Shown here: in pieces, positions 1 through 12,309 of the stretch
Layout: every line of letters begins with the position of its first letter
Numbering within the stretch: the stretch's first letter is position 1
From: Dicyema japonicum
Taxonomy: Eukaryota; Animalia; Dicyemida
Length of the DNA: 64,000 nucleotides
NCBI GenBank assembly: GCA_011109175.1
Contig: RDEW01000025.1
Location: 465,990 to 529,989, forward strand
Direction: 5' to 3'
Notes under the pieces: generated by a model
The model's database searches: none
The model's input: only the letters and a program-made list of their open reading frames with translations
What the model was told of the DNA's origin: nothing
Position numbers and translations under genes: made by a program

Positions 1-309
1 TCAAAGAAATGGAAAGACTGAGAAAAGAGATAGAAGCTGAAATCTTAGCAAATATGGAGTATTTAAAGAGCGTAGGTAATATTATAACCTAAAAGTTCGA
101 AATTGATTCCAAAGATTCAGTCCTTGACGATGAAGGGTACCCTCGCAGTGATATCGACGTGGTAGAAGTAAGGAAGGCAAGAAACAAAATAGCATGTAAT
201 TATTATTTTTATTGGCTTAGGCCTTAGAAATGACTATAAATCGATAACAAATGAGATCGAGAAAAAGTTGCACGAGATTTATGCTCACATGAATCAGAAT
301 AAAATCTAA
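1..309 (+). CDS. PSMD9: 26S proteasome assembly chaperone PSMD9/Nas2/p27, N-terminal domain only (5' end outside window)
   Basis: Removing introns 72-95 and 196-220 gives ...KEIEAEILANMEYLKSFEIDSKDSVLDDEGYPRSDIDVVEVRKARNKIACLRNDYKSITNEIEKKLHEIY...*; DDEGYPRSDID and CLRND are Nas2_N signatures. Confidence 0.9.
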
Positions 310-329
310 ATTCAATTTTTTGTGATTTA

Positions 330-630
330 ATTTGTGTAATTTTTCTGCCATCGGTTTGAATTTCTTGCCGAGATTTGTTTTATGGGTTTTATAACCTAAC
401 CCTAACCTGAGTAAAAGCGACTCAACCAAGGGCTCTCCATGCTGAGGAATACTGATCAGTTTTGAAGAAAACATCCACGTGTTTTTCTCCGAAATTAGGG
501 TAGACACATCCTGAGCTCGATTGACTGCTGGTGGAACACTCAAGGAGAATCCGGGAATTAGTTGAAGCTGGATCACTTGATTAGTGGGCTTTGACGTTTT
601 GTTTCTCGAGATATAATTATAGATTACATG
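330..630 (+). mobile_element. 3' fragment of Ingi/Vingi-like LINE family (GGATCAC-stop end)
   Basis: GGATCACTTGA at 570-580 followed by a short T-rich 3' UTR, as in other family copies. Confidence 0.45.
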
Positions 631-2149
631 AGAGAGTTTTAGCCAAAGTCTGTGACATAATAAAGTGCAACAATTGTTACATAATGAACGATTATAAGGA
701 CGAATTAACGCTTTTGTGATACATCTCCGTGAACTTGGCTTTTTCTAGCACGAAAAATGTAAAATACAATCTTGGGTAAGTAAGTCGACAAGTTAATCGG
801 TTGGAAGTTGAGGCTATGATGTACCTTTTTTATACGACATGTCTTTATCTCTTTTCTTTCACCCTCTCTTCTTGGTGGCCAAAACAATCATCTCTCGAAA
901 AGTCTGATATATTATGTTTCATAAAAAGATAGCGTCGGATAGGCCTAAATTCAGATTCCACCAATCCCTTATATACTAAACTCACTTACTTAACATGTTT
1001 ATTATTTACTCACCCCCGCTCCCTCAAGTGAAGCAAACCGATGGTTAATAAAAGCGTAAAAGCTTATGGTTGATGTCCCACATATCTAATTAAGTGATCT
1101 GATGAGAAGACATACTATGTTACTTGAGATTATATAACAGACAAATGATGTCTTCTCAGTCCATTAGTTCGTCTATAGTCACGGGAAGGAATAATAATTG
1201 ACTTTCGTCCATCATGAATCAAAGGTAATGCAATAGAGGTAGGCATCTACTTCAGTCATCCTACCAATTAACCACTAGAATAACTGTTAATGTAGTCTTT
1301 AAAAACTTAAGAGATGTGAAAATCTATTATGTTAACAATTTTTGTTAGGAATTCCTTTGTGCTGTGTATATTTTTTAATATTGGCTGTAATCAGTAAATT
1401 TCCCTACTGACTATTCTCCGAGTATTATTTACCTTAGGATTAGACCATGATGGATATAACTCATAATGAAACAGGATCATATCGAATTCTTGTGTCTGTG
1501 TATACGGAATTATTAAACAGTCAGAAATACCAGGACTCAAAATTAAACACTCAAATTGACCAACTCATTTAATTTTTAACCTTCCTTAATATTCTATGGA
1601 ATAACCAATTATAGCTATTTTCCTACCGCGATCAAGTAAAGTTGAACTGCAATACACACGTGACAGTGAAAAAGTCTAATGTTGTGGTGGCATAAACATA
1701 AGTTAGGAGTATTATTGAGGTAGAACTCATATATTGGCAATACATTCGCGAATGCATTGTCTCCAAGTTAATTATGCCGGGGACAAGAGCTTACATCTAT
1801 TTTGAGGGGATGAGGACATGTAGCATATAAGAGCTATGTCACAGTGCACCAGAGTACCCCCGACAACTCGATCTTAACCATTTGGCAAATGGTCTGTGAT
1901 TTTAGCGAGGAAAAACGATAATTTAAGATAATTCCGAGAGACGACCTGCAGTGTGTTGTAGGACTGAAACTGTCTCCCCAAGTAGATATCTATAAAATGT
2001 AACTAGGTGGAATCTATTTAACGAAAATTGTTTGTTTACTTTTATTGGAAACAAAAGTAAAGTTAAAGTAAAAACAAATTGCAAATTTTCCATTTCCTGG
2101 CTTAAATTCTATGAAATGAACGACAATCATAAAAATCTGTAGTAGAATC

Positions 2150-2650
2150 TTATGGAGACAACGATGGATCCTTCTCCCTATCTACAGACTCTCCGACCAT
2201 TATTGACATAAGCGAGTGCAACGTGATCAAGGTCATTTCCCGTTCCTTGAATAAATTTAACAAAATCCATGAAACCGCTAACAGAATCATAGAACCAAGT
2301 GATTCTGAAGCATTACTACTTGAACAACGACGAAAATTCATGAGGGCGGCCGACTTGTAAAGTACCCACCATTACAACATTTTTGTCAAATTTGAAAATC
2401 ATCCGAGACCTTTATTGAGCAAGCGTTCATGGGGAATAATAAATAAAGTAAATAAATATTGGGGATGCTAGTCCCATATATAATGATCTTCTCCAGATTC
2501 TTCAAACAAGTCCACAAAGAACCAAAAGGGGAAAGTAAACCTCTAATCCTTTAAGTTATGGAACCTTCTAAGAAAAGTAGGGAAGAGGAAATGATCCTTT
2601 TTACACCACCCTGGCACTGGATGCCACCTGAGACAGATCGATAGAATGAC
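2150..2650 (-). mobile_element. Degenerate LINE remnant including a copy of the family 5' motif
   Basis: Minus strand TCATTCTATCGATCTGTCTCAGGTGGCATCCAGTGCCAGGGT...AAAGGATCATTT resembles the copies at 28208 and 52953. Confidence 0.45.
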
Positions 2651-3356
2651 GTCACTTTAGTTGAACATGGGAAAAGAAAAATAAAGGAAAGGAAGAACTT
2701 CCTACTTAGTAGTTAGTGGAAGATCAATGATTATTAATCTATTATTGTTTTTTTCTAAAATTCCGTAAAAAAGTGTGATTAAGGCACCAATACGTTTAGT
2801 CTTGTTGATGCTGAAGTGAATTGATAAAGCTTGCCTCTATTAATTCGTCTCCTCTGAGAGCCAGACCCACCCATAGGCTTTATGTAGAAATAGTTCAGGC
2901 CGTCATTGAGTGAGTGTTCCTTACCTCAATTTCACCATTCAGACTTACAAGCAACCACCAATAGCATGTCCTACGTTTACCAGTCGTCTGGTGTGACCGA
3001 CTATATGAATTATATCACGGAATAGACTAAACACAGACTCGTTTGAAATAATAGACTACACGAAGTGTCTTGAGTCTCTAAAACCCCCAGGATTCAGATG
3101 CACGTGATTAGGGTTCTAATGCCGTCTAGGAAAAATTGAAGGGTCTTGAAAGATCATCTGACAGAGGTCAATAGAACGTCGAAAAAACCAATGTCGAAGA
3201 CATTTTCCTTGGATGCTGAAAAAGTCAGAATTGTGCACGTGTTATACTATTAATAGATTTTCAATAAAACTAGACATTAATTACAATTAAATAGATTAAA
3301 TTAGTAAAGTCAAAGGAAGTAGTATCCGTCAAGGAATAAATCATATTTAAATAAAA

Positions 3357-4581
3357 TTGCGCAATTCGCCGACAAATCATATGCTTGAGGAACTCATTAC
3401 TTCTATGATGATAAACTATCCTGAAAGTTACCGGACTGTCATGACGATGCATGCCCTTCGGTTCCTCGAAATTGAGTCTATTCATGAATTCATGCAAGTC
3501 AGGGTTTCAGTGAGGAACAAGTTCTTCAACTTTGTCAGGAAAACTGAGCTGGCTAAGGGTAAGAGATTTATAGCAAGTATAGACGACTCGGACAAGCAGA
3601 ATTTCATCAACGTAATTCAAGACTTGATGCGCTACATACGATCATACAAAGGTCCTCGGTTAATAAACCACAGATTACTGCTTAGATGGGATTTTCGGAG
3701 TGAACGGGAGAAAGTCGAAAGTCGACCACCTCCTTTTGGAGTTGAAAGGAAATCCGGATTACTTTAAAGTATTCCGGATGCATAACATCCACGTATTAGC
3801 TTGCGGGCTTAAACGGCTTCTTAGACAATTCGACCCCTCTGTAATTCCAATTGAGTTTATCGAGGCCATTCGAGTCATATCTCCACGTGGGCTCTTAGGA
3901 ATAACTCATAGAGTGTACAGAGAGTGAGAGAGTGACTGCTTACTCCATTTTGATTCGACTAATGCCGAGGTACATTCAGTGGACAATACTCACCTTATTC
4001 AGCTTCCTCCATGAAATCAGTATTCGGTCCCCCAATATGGATAGCAGGAATCTGGCCACGGTCTTAACTCCAACCTTAGTCCCTGTATATCTGTTAGTAA
4101 TTTCAGAATGACCTCGATTCCGTTAGTGAAGTGAAAAGAGCAGTAGATGCTGTTCAGTTTATGATTCGAAACGGAGACAAGCTGCACGAACTCCCCGAGA
4201 AATTGGTTGAATACCTCAAAGATGTTTTCAAAAACGAACTACTGGTATCTTCCACGTGGGATTGTAGGGCAAACAAGAGGAAAATGGCTTCCCCTCGTTG
4301 GAGGAATACACGACTCGAGTAATCAAGGAAGTGAATCGGGAGAGAGACGACAAATTGGTGGAGTTTATAGAAACGCTGAAACTGGAGTCATCCATTTATG
4401 TTTGATTTATGTGTAAATGTAGAATTATGGCAATTATTCAAAGCCAATCGAAGGGTTTAATCACAAGTGGGCGGCACTAGAGAGCACTTCGAATGAATCC
4501 TATCACGATGAATCCAGTTTGAATTTCTTCACCAATGTAGGGGCATTTAGAGAGAACTTGAATCGCAAGGACTCTCGCTAA
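3357..4581 (+). CDS. RhoGAP-domain protein (5' exons unresolved, may begin near 2967)
   Basis: Five 22-25 nt GT-AG introns join an open frame: DGIFGVNG...HNIHVLACGLKRLLRQFDPSVIP...LFSFLHEI...NMDSRNLATVLTPTL, all RhoGAP motifs; stop TAA 4579-4581. Confidence 0.85.
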
Positions 4582-5009
4582 TATTTATTAATAGTTTTCT
4601 ATTAGTTATTGATTACCACGTGGTCTAATATCCTCTACTCCTTTCTCAACTAGGTAGGGTATGAAACTGTTAATTAAAATGTGCTATAAATTAGTAAGTA
4701 GCTTTCGTGATTCAGTGGATTCCTTCTTATGATTTGTATGGGAGTGCTCACTCAGCCATTCCTCTTCTCGGTTGTCCCTCCTTGTTTTCAAATATTTCGG
4801 TGCGACGCAAGAAGGAGAGTAATTCGGGTTCTAGAATTCATGAGGGGCTTGAAAATAAACTGTGTTGTATGAGTAAGCTTGCGTTGTGTTAAGTTAATAT
4901 AATTAACAATTTTTGATGTGAGGGGTAACTTCGAATTTATGGATGCATGCTATTTTAGTTAACTGCAAAAATTGATTGTTTAAAAAACTTATATAAAATT
5001 ATTAAAAAA

Positions 5010-5090
5010 CGACGACGGTGGGATTCGAACCCACGCGGGAAACCCCAGCGGATTAGCAGTCCGCCGCCTTAACCACTCGGCCACATCGTC
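5010..5090 (-). tRNA. tRNA-Ser(GCT)
   Basis: GACGATGTGGCCGAGTGGTTAAGGCGGCGGACTGCTAATCCGC...GGTTCGAATCCCACCGTCGTCG: cloverleaf with long variable arm, followed by a T-run terminator. Confidence 0.97.
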
Positions 5091-6109
5091 AATATATGAT
5101 CTACTCAACAGTTGTCGGCATTAATCTAATATAGTTAATTTCCTTCACTTGAGATATTTTGTGAAAATTCTTTTCTCCTTATTATTGTCCTTTTAAATTG
5201 GCTTAAGCAATCGTTTTAGCTTTTTAAATCCTAAAGAGAATTTGAGATTTCTGACAATTAATTTTATTGCACAACGGACAAACAGGATTACTCTTAATAG
5301 TATCAGGATTGTTATACAATTATTACTAATGTCTATAATCTAATATTGATTGGCAAAGATCTATCACAGAACTACAATAATGTCACATCGTCGATATCAA
5401 TCTAATATCGATTAAACTCCGCTTGGATTTCTACAAGTGGTGAGACCTGGGTAACTTAATTTAAATTAAATTTCCAGTAAAGTTAATATAGACTGGTTGA
5501 ACAGTAGATCACTAGAAAAAACTACTATTACCAAATGCTCTCCAAACTCCGTTAAACTGAGACGGTACAGTTGTTTCTTCATCATTAGTTTGTGTGGGTT
5601 GAGGAGAGAAATATCATGGCTTGTTGAAGAATTTAACGAGATCACATATTAACTACTTCCGGTCTTTCCTTGCGGTCTTTTCGAATAATTCACTCATTGT
5701 TGACCTGAGTTTTGTGTTTGAAGATGGTAGTTCTCATGGTGAATTTAACCATTTCTCTATAAATTTTTCTTTATAAAACCGTTAGAAAAACTAGTGGATG
5801 TACAACAGGGACGGCTATTCTATGCCTTTATTGTTAGGAAACCCAGGAAGTGTAGATTCACTTGATGAAATCAGCGTCGAATTTTGTGTCAAATGTCTGC
5901 CGTTCCAGTTTAGAGACCTCATAATATTAAGTCGATGACTTCTGCTTTGTTAACATGTAGGACTTTCGGAAGAGTGCTGTCTAGATAGGTCGCTTGAAGG
6001 CACTCAGTTTAACAATTCTGAGTCAATATTCTCCTCTGTGTTTGCATTACGTCAATGGAGGAATTACAGTTAGTATTAACATTGGAATGCTTCTCGAACA
6101 GTTATAAAA

Positions 6110-6960
6110 TCAGCTCTCTCTCCTTGAAGGGTTTTTCTCATACTCACATCAGTCGCATTTGATTTTCTCTCATATTTCTTTCGACTTGCTCGCTAACTGT
6201 GGAACCTCTGGATGAGCCGACTTCAAACACACCCTATTCTTCTCTCTTATGCCAGGATATTTCCAGCTCCTTCATTAAAAATGTTCTTGTAAAGTCCTAG
6301 GAGTATTTTAATGAGTCATCACCGACACTCTAGTAGATGAGTCTCAATCTACTCTTGGTCGCTTCTGTTGTCTCTGGTTGGTAAACAGTAGTAAAATGAT
6401 TTCTTATATTTTCATGTTTTTTATTTTTGTATTTTGAATTTATAAAGTGTTTCCTTGGGGAAAATGTCCCAATTACTATTCTGTGATTGTACAGTTGTCG
6501 AACCTTCATACGAACAGGATCTGAGTTACTTTCGCTACAAAATTTGGGTACATTCTCCAGCAATGAAAACTAATAAAGACGACTAAATTTGTACTTAGTA
6601 CAGTTAAGTCGGATCTTTCGCTATCCTCCCACAATTTGGTGGATACACATTTATTATTGTCATTGATGAGTATTTGAATCACGTAAATCCTGTCTCTTAC
6701 GATAAATACGGTGGATGTCGGGAGCCAATCTTTAATGGATAGCGAATCTCAGTCCACAATAATTAAATTCACTAAATATTCATACTTTCCACCAATACTG
6801 CAAACAATCTTCGTCTCCTGAAAATAGCCAATGGAAACGTCATATCTAAAGGTCATCACAGAAAATTTTATCGACCAAGCCTTGATATACACATAGCGTT
6901 GAATGTGAGGAGTTTCAGACTGGATGCATCCTCTAGTACCTTTACCAACTATTATCCAAT
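6110..6960 (-). mobile_element. Degenerate RTE-like LINE (APE endonuclease and linker remnant)
   Basis: LKLLTFNA...FQETK and AHPEVPQLASKSKEI...SNATD are homologous to the copy at 43140-46035. Confidence 0.7.
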
Positions 6961-7074
6961 CGAGAAACAGGGCACCACCACACCGAAGATCATCAAACTA
7001 TCATTGATTTTTGTAAATTCAACAAGTAATATTAAGACAAGGAGAATGTAGAGTTTCTTAATGTTTCTAGCCAT

Positions 7075-7146
7075 GGACCCATGGTGTAGTGGTTATCATT
7101 TCGGACTTTGAATCCGGAGACCCGAGTTCGAATCTCGGTGGGTCCT
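7075..7146 (+). tRNA. tRNA-Gln(TTG)
   Basis: GGACCCATGGTGTAGTGGTTATCATTTCGGACTTTGAATCCGGAGACCCGAGTTCGAATCTCGGTGGGTCCT cloverleaf. Confidence 0.97.
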
Positions 7147-7872
7147 ATTTTATTATACACTAACTTAATTCAAGTTTTCTTACTTTGAAGCTCTTAAACT
7201 AAGTATGAATCCGAAAACATGATCCTCAGTTTAATGTATTGGCTGTGATGCAATCTCAGAATAGCGTTTGATATCGATGCAACAACTCAATAAACCAGTG
7301 AGGAAAGTCAATAACCCTGAGATATGAACATGAGAAGGTGTGCATACGGAAATAAATTATTATAATTATTCACTCAATTATCAATTAAATTAAAATTCTT
7401 AGAAATATTCTGTTACTCAAATAAATCAATCATCTTAAGTAAGAGACTCCTTTCCGTGTGCTTTCTGTTCTGTCGAGAGCACAAGTTACTGATCTTTTTC
7501 TAGAAACTCGGACGTATTCAAACAGAAGCCTTGATGACAGAGAAATGCGATGGCTTATCTAGTTCTGCTAAGGAGACCAACTGGATAAGCCAGACCAGGA
7601 TTGGATCAATTTATTAAATTTTACCATCAAACAAAATATTCAATTTCGTCTCCAACAAAAGTCCCCAAACAGTAATTACCGATTATTTTGAATTTGATTT
7701 ACCTCCATATAAAAAATGTCCACATAGCTTCATTAGGGTGCAATCTTGTCCACCACAGCATTGAAGAACTTTGGGGATTATCTGGATGATAGTGAACTAA
7801 TGAATATTCAAAATCCATAAATTATGATAAACGGAATCACAATATAAATTCCGAACCCAACAATATTTCTAA

Positions 7873-8432
7873 ATGGTTCTTTTGGTGTGGATTTCCTTGT
7901 TGGTAAAAATATGTATTTAAATTAAATTAAATTCCCTAGTGTCTTATCCACGTGAATTTACCTATAATATTTAGAAAATGTGAATATTAGCATCGAAAAC
8001 TCTCAAGGTAAAGTATTTAGTGACTTTTAGTACAAATTGGGAGACCAGGAATGGATCAAGGTTTGCGGTAATCTTGTACCTTTTAGATTATCCAAAAGTT
8101 GCTAAAATGGCAGGAGACAATTTTGGCGAAAAAACGAATAGTTCACTTTGCTATAAAAGTTTTAAGGGGTAGGTCTGAAGGAATCGACCAATGAGAAGTA
8201 TATGACAATAATGAAGAAAATGTCCCCTGTGATGATGAATGGGACAAAAATGAGGAACATATCCTCTGGGATGATGGATGGTTCAAAAATGAAATCCTCA
8301 AATGAAATTCCTATGGATAAATCAAATGGAAACAGGGATATGCAAAATGGAAGCCGTTCAGTAAAGTTAGTTTTTTTAAATATTCACAGCAACCATATAA
8401 ATTCTAGAGGTGACATGGCTAATTACGACTAA
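7873..8432 (+). CDS. Orphan secreted protein encoded by micro-exons, Met/Asn/Ser/Lys-rich
   Basis: Introns 7913-7939, 7952-7974, 8008-8030, 8061-8086, 8141-8166 give an open frame MVLLVWISLLVKILSYPQNVNISIENSQVQIGRPGMDQDYPKVAKMAGDNFGEKTNRVGLKESTNEKYMTIMKKM...; hydrophobic N-terminus; last intron ambiguous. Confidence 0.7.
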
Positions 8433-10626
8433 TGATTACTAACAAGATTTGGCTTTCTCCCAATAAAGGATTTTAAATAAATTTTTCATTATTTTATTTA
8501 AACCCTTATTTATTTCTCAAATCCTGATCCCTTCAAATGAAAAAAAGCGGAAGTTAACTAAAACATAGCAGCCAGAGGAGACGTCATCGGAGATCAATCT
8601 GATTGATCTTTATACATGTAAAGATTGAAGGTGAGTCATTAGGGCCAGGACTGTCTTTAATAGACATGGAAGTATGCAGACTCGATCTCTTGTGAATGTG
8701 AGTTTCACTTCTATCAATATTTGGCGATAGAAATTAGGGGAGCTGTATCAATGGAAACCCAGTCCAAGTTATTTAGAGCCTATAATGATCCTCGTGGTTT
8801 TAGGTTCGAATCTCGTTGCTATTTATTCTGCCTGAAGATTCCAGGCACCTACGATGGTCTGGGTATGACGACGACTCTGTTATCCGCGAGTACCTAACTG
8901 CGGAACTAGATCATCTCAACGAAGTAAAGAACATTCCTTGGTTCTTTCTACCACTTGTCTTACTCTAATATGGTGTGTGTCACCCTGTGTGGAACTATAG
9001 ATATTATAACTCCCAATGAATAATTGTTTGTTGTTATATTATGTTAGAGGAGATTTTGAATAGTGGGTACTGCTATAAGGGGGATTCTACTTTCACTACT
9101 CCACAGGATGATGCCTAAAAATGGTCATATCTCTCAAGGACTTATTAAACCAACAAAACTTGTAATTGAATTAATTTATTCAAATTACGTATAAATGGAT
9201 TGTACAAGAGTCCACGTCAAAGAAATTTAATAAACCTTCTACCATTCTGTCACCACCTCTGTGTATCCGTTATTATACAGCAACGGGAAGAAATGGTTGA
9301 CCAATGCATCTGATTATTGTAAGGATCGGAACACTTCTCAATAGAATGGGTCACAACAAGTATAGACCATAGCTAAATAACCATGTTATCTTGACACGTG
9401 CCAGCATAGCATCAATTTGAGTAGATGTTCTTTCCATGAACCTATACAAGCCCACGATGGAGGAACTGCATGGTACGAAGTAACGGTCACTATGCGACTA
9501 ACTCGGAATCATAACTATCAGGTGATCTAGGCCTCCCCCAATTATCTTGATCATCCCATCTTTGTTTCTTAGAAATCATTTATTACTTTAAACAATTGTA
9601 TACTAAAAATATAATCTCTTGTGGTGAGGAAGATTTTTTACATTTTCACATTAGTTAGTTAAGTAACCTCGGCTCACTTGTAGGAGGCCAGCAACTATTA
9701 AATAGGACGCAACAAATTCCGGTCGCTCCCATAGATCGTTCAGTCCGGCATTGTAGACAAACGTTGTTCAAATTTATGACATTCAAATAGGTGATTTGTT
9801 ACATAGACATTTTCACGTGTATTTTTAAATTTTATTTTTATACTTTTAACATTTATTTTATTAAAAATTAAAAATCATTTTTGATAAATTTATGATTTGT
9901 TAAAAAATTAAACTTAATTTTTAGGACAAGACTTCATTATGGCTTGTAATCATTGAGCACACAATGGGAGTTACCGCTATTCTAACCGAAGGTTAACATC
10001 ATAATCTAGTAAAATCCAATAAATTATAAAATAACCCAAAATATAGAAATATTGATCAAGTCTCGATACGGTACATTTTATTATCAGTAAATGAAAAAGT
10101 AGAATTTTCAAAGACCCTTTTTGCATGAGTCCTACTTTATGGCTGGGCTCTTCTCAAGTATTTTCTTCCTCATAGTCTTTTTCGACTTTGATATATTAGT
10201 CTAGATCTGTGGTTCTCAACCTTCTTAAGTCAGCGCCCCTTTAAAATTTAATTTTTCCAATTGCGGATTTATTTGGTCACTTTTTTTCAAATTTTATGTA
10301 GAAACTGTTTTTCCATCATTAGAGTGTAATGTTAACTGCTCAAATTTTAATATAATACGTGGTCTCGGCCCACATGGTCGAGGCTAATAAAATTACAAAA
10401 TTTTCTATAGCAGAATCAACTTAAATATACCCAATAAGTTTACCTTTGATATTAAAAATTCTGTAGAATGCAAAAATTGAGAAAACCAAATTAAAAAATA
10501 TACCACCAAATGTCACAAAGTAATAGTATCCTCGTGCTAAACTAAATTTCATTTCGTTTAAAAAATATAAAATAATTAAAATCTAATTATTTAAATAACT
10601 ACTAAAATAACAAAAGCATAGCTTTA

Positions 10627-10671
10627 AACCCTAACCAAAAACCCTAAACACTGACCCTAACCAAAAACCCT
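10627..10671 (+). repeat. Degenerate telomere-like CCCTAA repeats inside the Ginger-like element
   Basis: aaccctaaccaaaaaccctaaacactgaccctaaccaaaaaccct. Confidence 0.6.
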
Positions 10672-11659
10672 CAAAGTGTAATTATTAAACATAATTTATT
10701 AAATTATTTAGCGTTTTCGATCACTTTAACTCGTGACCTGTGAATATTTTCATCCTCATTGTTATTGAGAAAACAAATATATCCCTCAATTTTGGTTCGT
10801 ACAGTGCCATTGTACGATGAGCTGGATTTTCGCCATGATCTCATTTTTTAAAGACCTTGTCACCTTTAAAGTTTCTTCGTCGTTTCTTCACCTTCTTTTT
10901 CAATCATTTTTTGTTCTGCTACTTTGGTATATATTCGTGCCTTCATCCACTTCATAAGACAGAAAATTCGACAAATCCTCCGGAATTGCTTCCTGTGGAT
11001 ACTTAGATCCCATAAATATGAAGAATGGCATTTGTTTCGTTGTCTCGTGTATCGAAATGTTGTAATCAAAAACAATTTTTTTAAATGAAGAACATAGCTC
11101 CCATTTTCTCCACTGGAAGCGGATGTAAAGGAAATCAATTTTTTAATTGATTGGTTAAATCTAATTTCTTTTCTTTTTTACCTCTTTACTTGACTTTGTA
11201 TCCATGGAGACGCTATCTACCATAGACATATTTACCCGAAGCTCCATTAACATGTCGTCATCCAATTTATTTTTAAATTCTATCCATCCGTGTGTAATAA
11301 TAACGGGGGCCATATCTATAAAAATTTTTTGAAAAAACCTTTGAATTTTGGAGTAGAGAGTTTCGACCATACCAAATTTGCTGAAACAATCAACAACTGT
11401 CAAAAGCTACAGAATTAGTGTTATCGGAGGATTTTGTTTCCAAAAGCCTCTTAAACGTGATTTATAAATTGTTTCTAATAAATGAGCAATATAACTATAC
11501 GTACATATGTGGTACGTCGTTTTCAAACGTACTGACAAGTCTTTTTATAACGCCTCTTATCGATGTTGTCAGATCTGAAGGGAACAGTCAAATTCTTTAA
11601 ATTCCTTAATTATTTTCAGATCGTGAAGAAACAATCGAACAACAAAAACCATCAGTCGT

Positions 11660-12032
11660 GTGTTATTTTATTTAACACCCAAGAACACGGGAAGACCAAA
11701 ACTAACTATCACGTGATCCCGATGCGTTCCGCCAAAATCCTCATTCTTTCCCGGTGCTCCTCCCTCGTACCCACAGAAGCTCGTACTAGGTGGCTGACTG
11801 TACTTGCAGTGCCACCTTCTCGCATGCAAGAGTTTTGTTTAATGAGGGCTTCCAGAGTAGTCGGTCCGGTTCTGTGTCTCCCACAGACCACCGCTGAAAG
11901 CCTTCTTTTGAACGTCCTCGATTTTCTTAGTGTTTGTCCATGATAATGAAGGTCCCACGAAGCACACGCGTACGAGAAACATGGTTCGATGTAGACTGGG
12001 TGGGTACCTGTCTTCCATATTCCAGTTAACAA
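11660..12032 (-). mobile_element. 5'-truncated Ingi/Vingi-like LINE 3' end nested in the Ginger element
   Basis: ORF ends ...ERMRILAERIGIT*; short 3' UTR and TAAA tail; close paralog at 21640-21800. Confidence 0.75.
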
Positions 12033-12309
12033 TTCGTGTGTTAATAAAAAACGTGCTAAATAATTTTTAAATAATTTAAATTAAGTATTATTAAGAAACA
12101 ATTTATATATTAAAACTAAGTATTTTGATACTGTACTCATTCTTCAATTTTATTTTTTTCAAAAAAATTTAAAAAAAGTGATTATTTTAGAATAAAAAAT
12201 ATATATTTGTAATCCTTATCCAATAACGAACAAAAATACATATATTATTTTTTTAAATGATTGAATTCATTGACCATGTGTGGGCCGATACCACGTACGG
12301 GCCGTGACA

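Larger units (their letters stand above)
10356..12309 (-). mobile_element. Ginger2/TDD-like DNA transposon with degenerate rve integrase
   Basis: Inverted repeats TACGTGGTCTCGGCCCACATGGTC (10356) and GACCATGTGTGGGCCGATACCACGTACGGGCCGTGACA (ends 12309 in ACA, Ginger-type terminus); integrase fragment LTVVDCFSKFG at 11161-11403. Confidence 0.7.

Noticed and set aside
393-407. Telomere-like TAACCC repeats (also 10627-10671)
   Set aside because: Only 2-4 degenerate units inside mobile-element sequence, not a chromosome end
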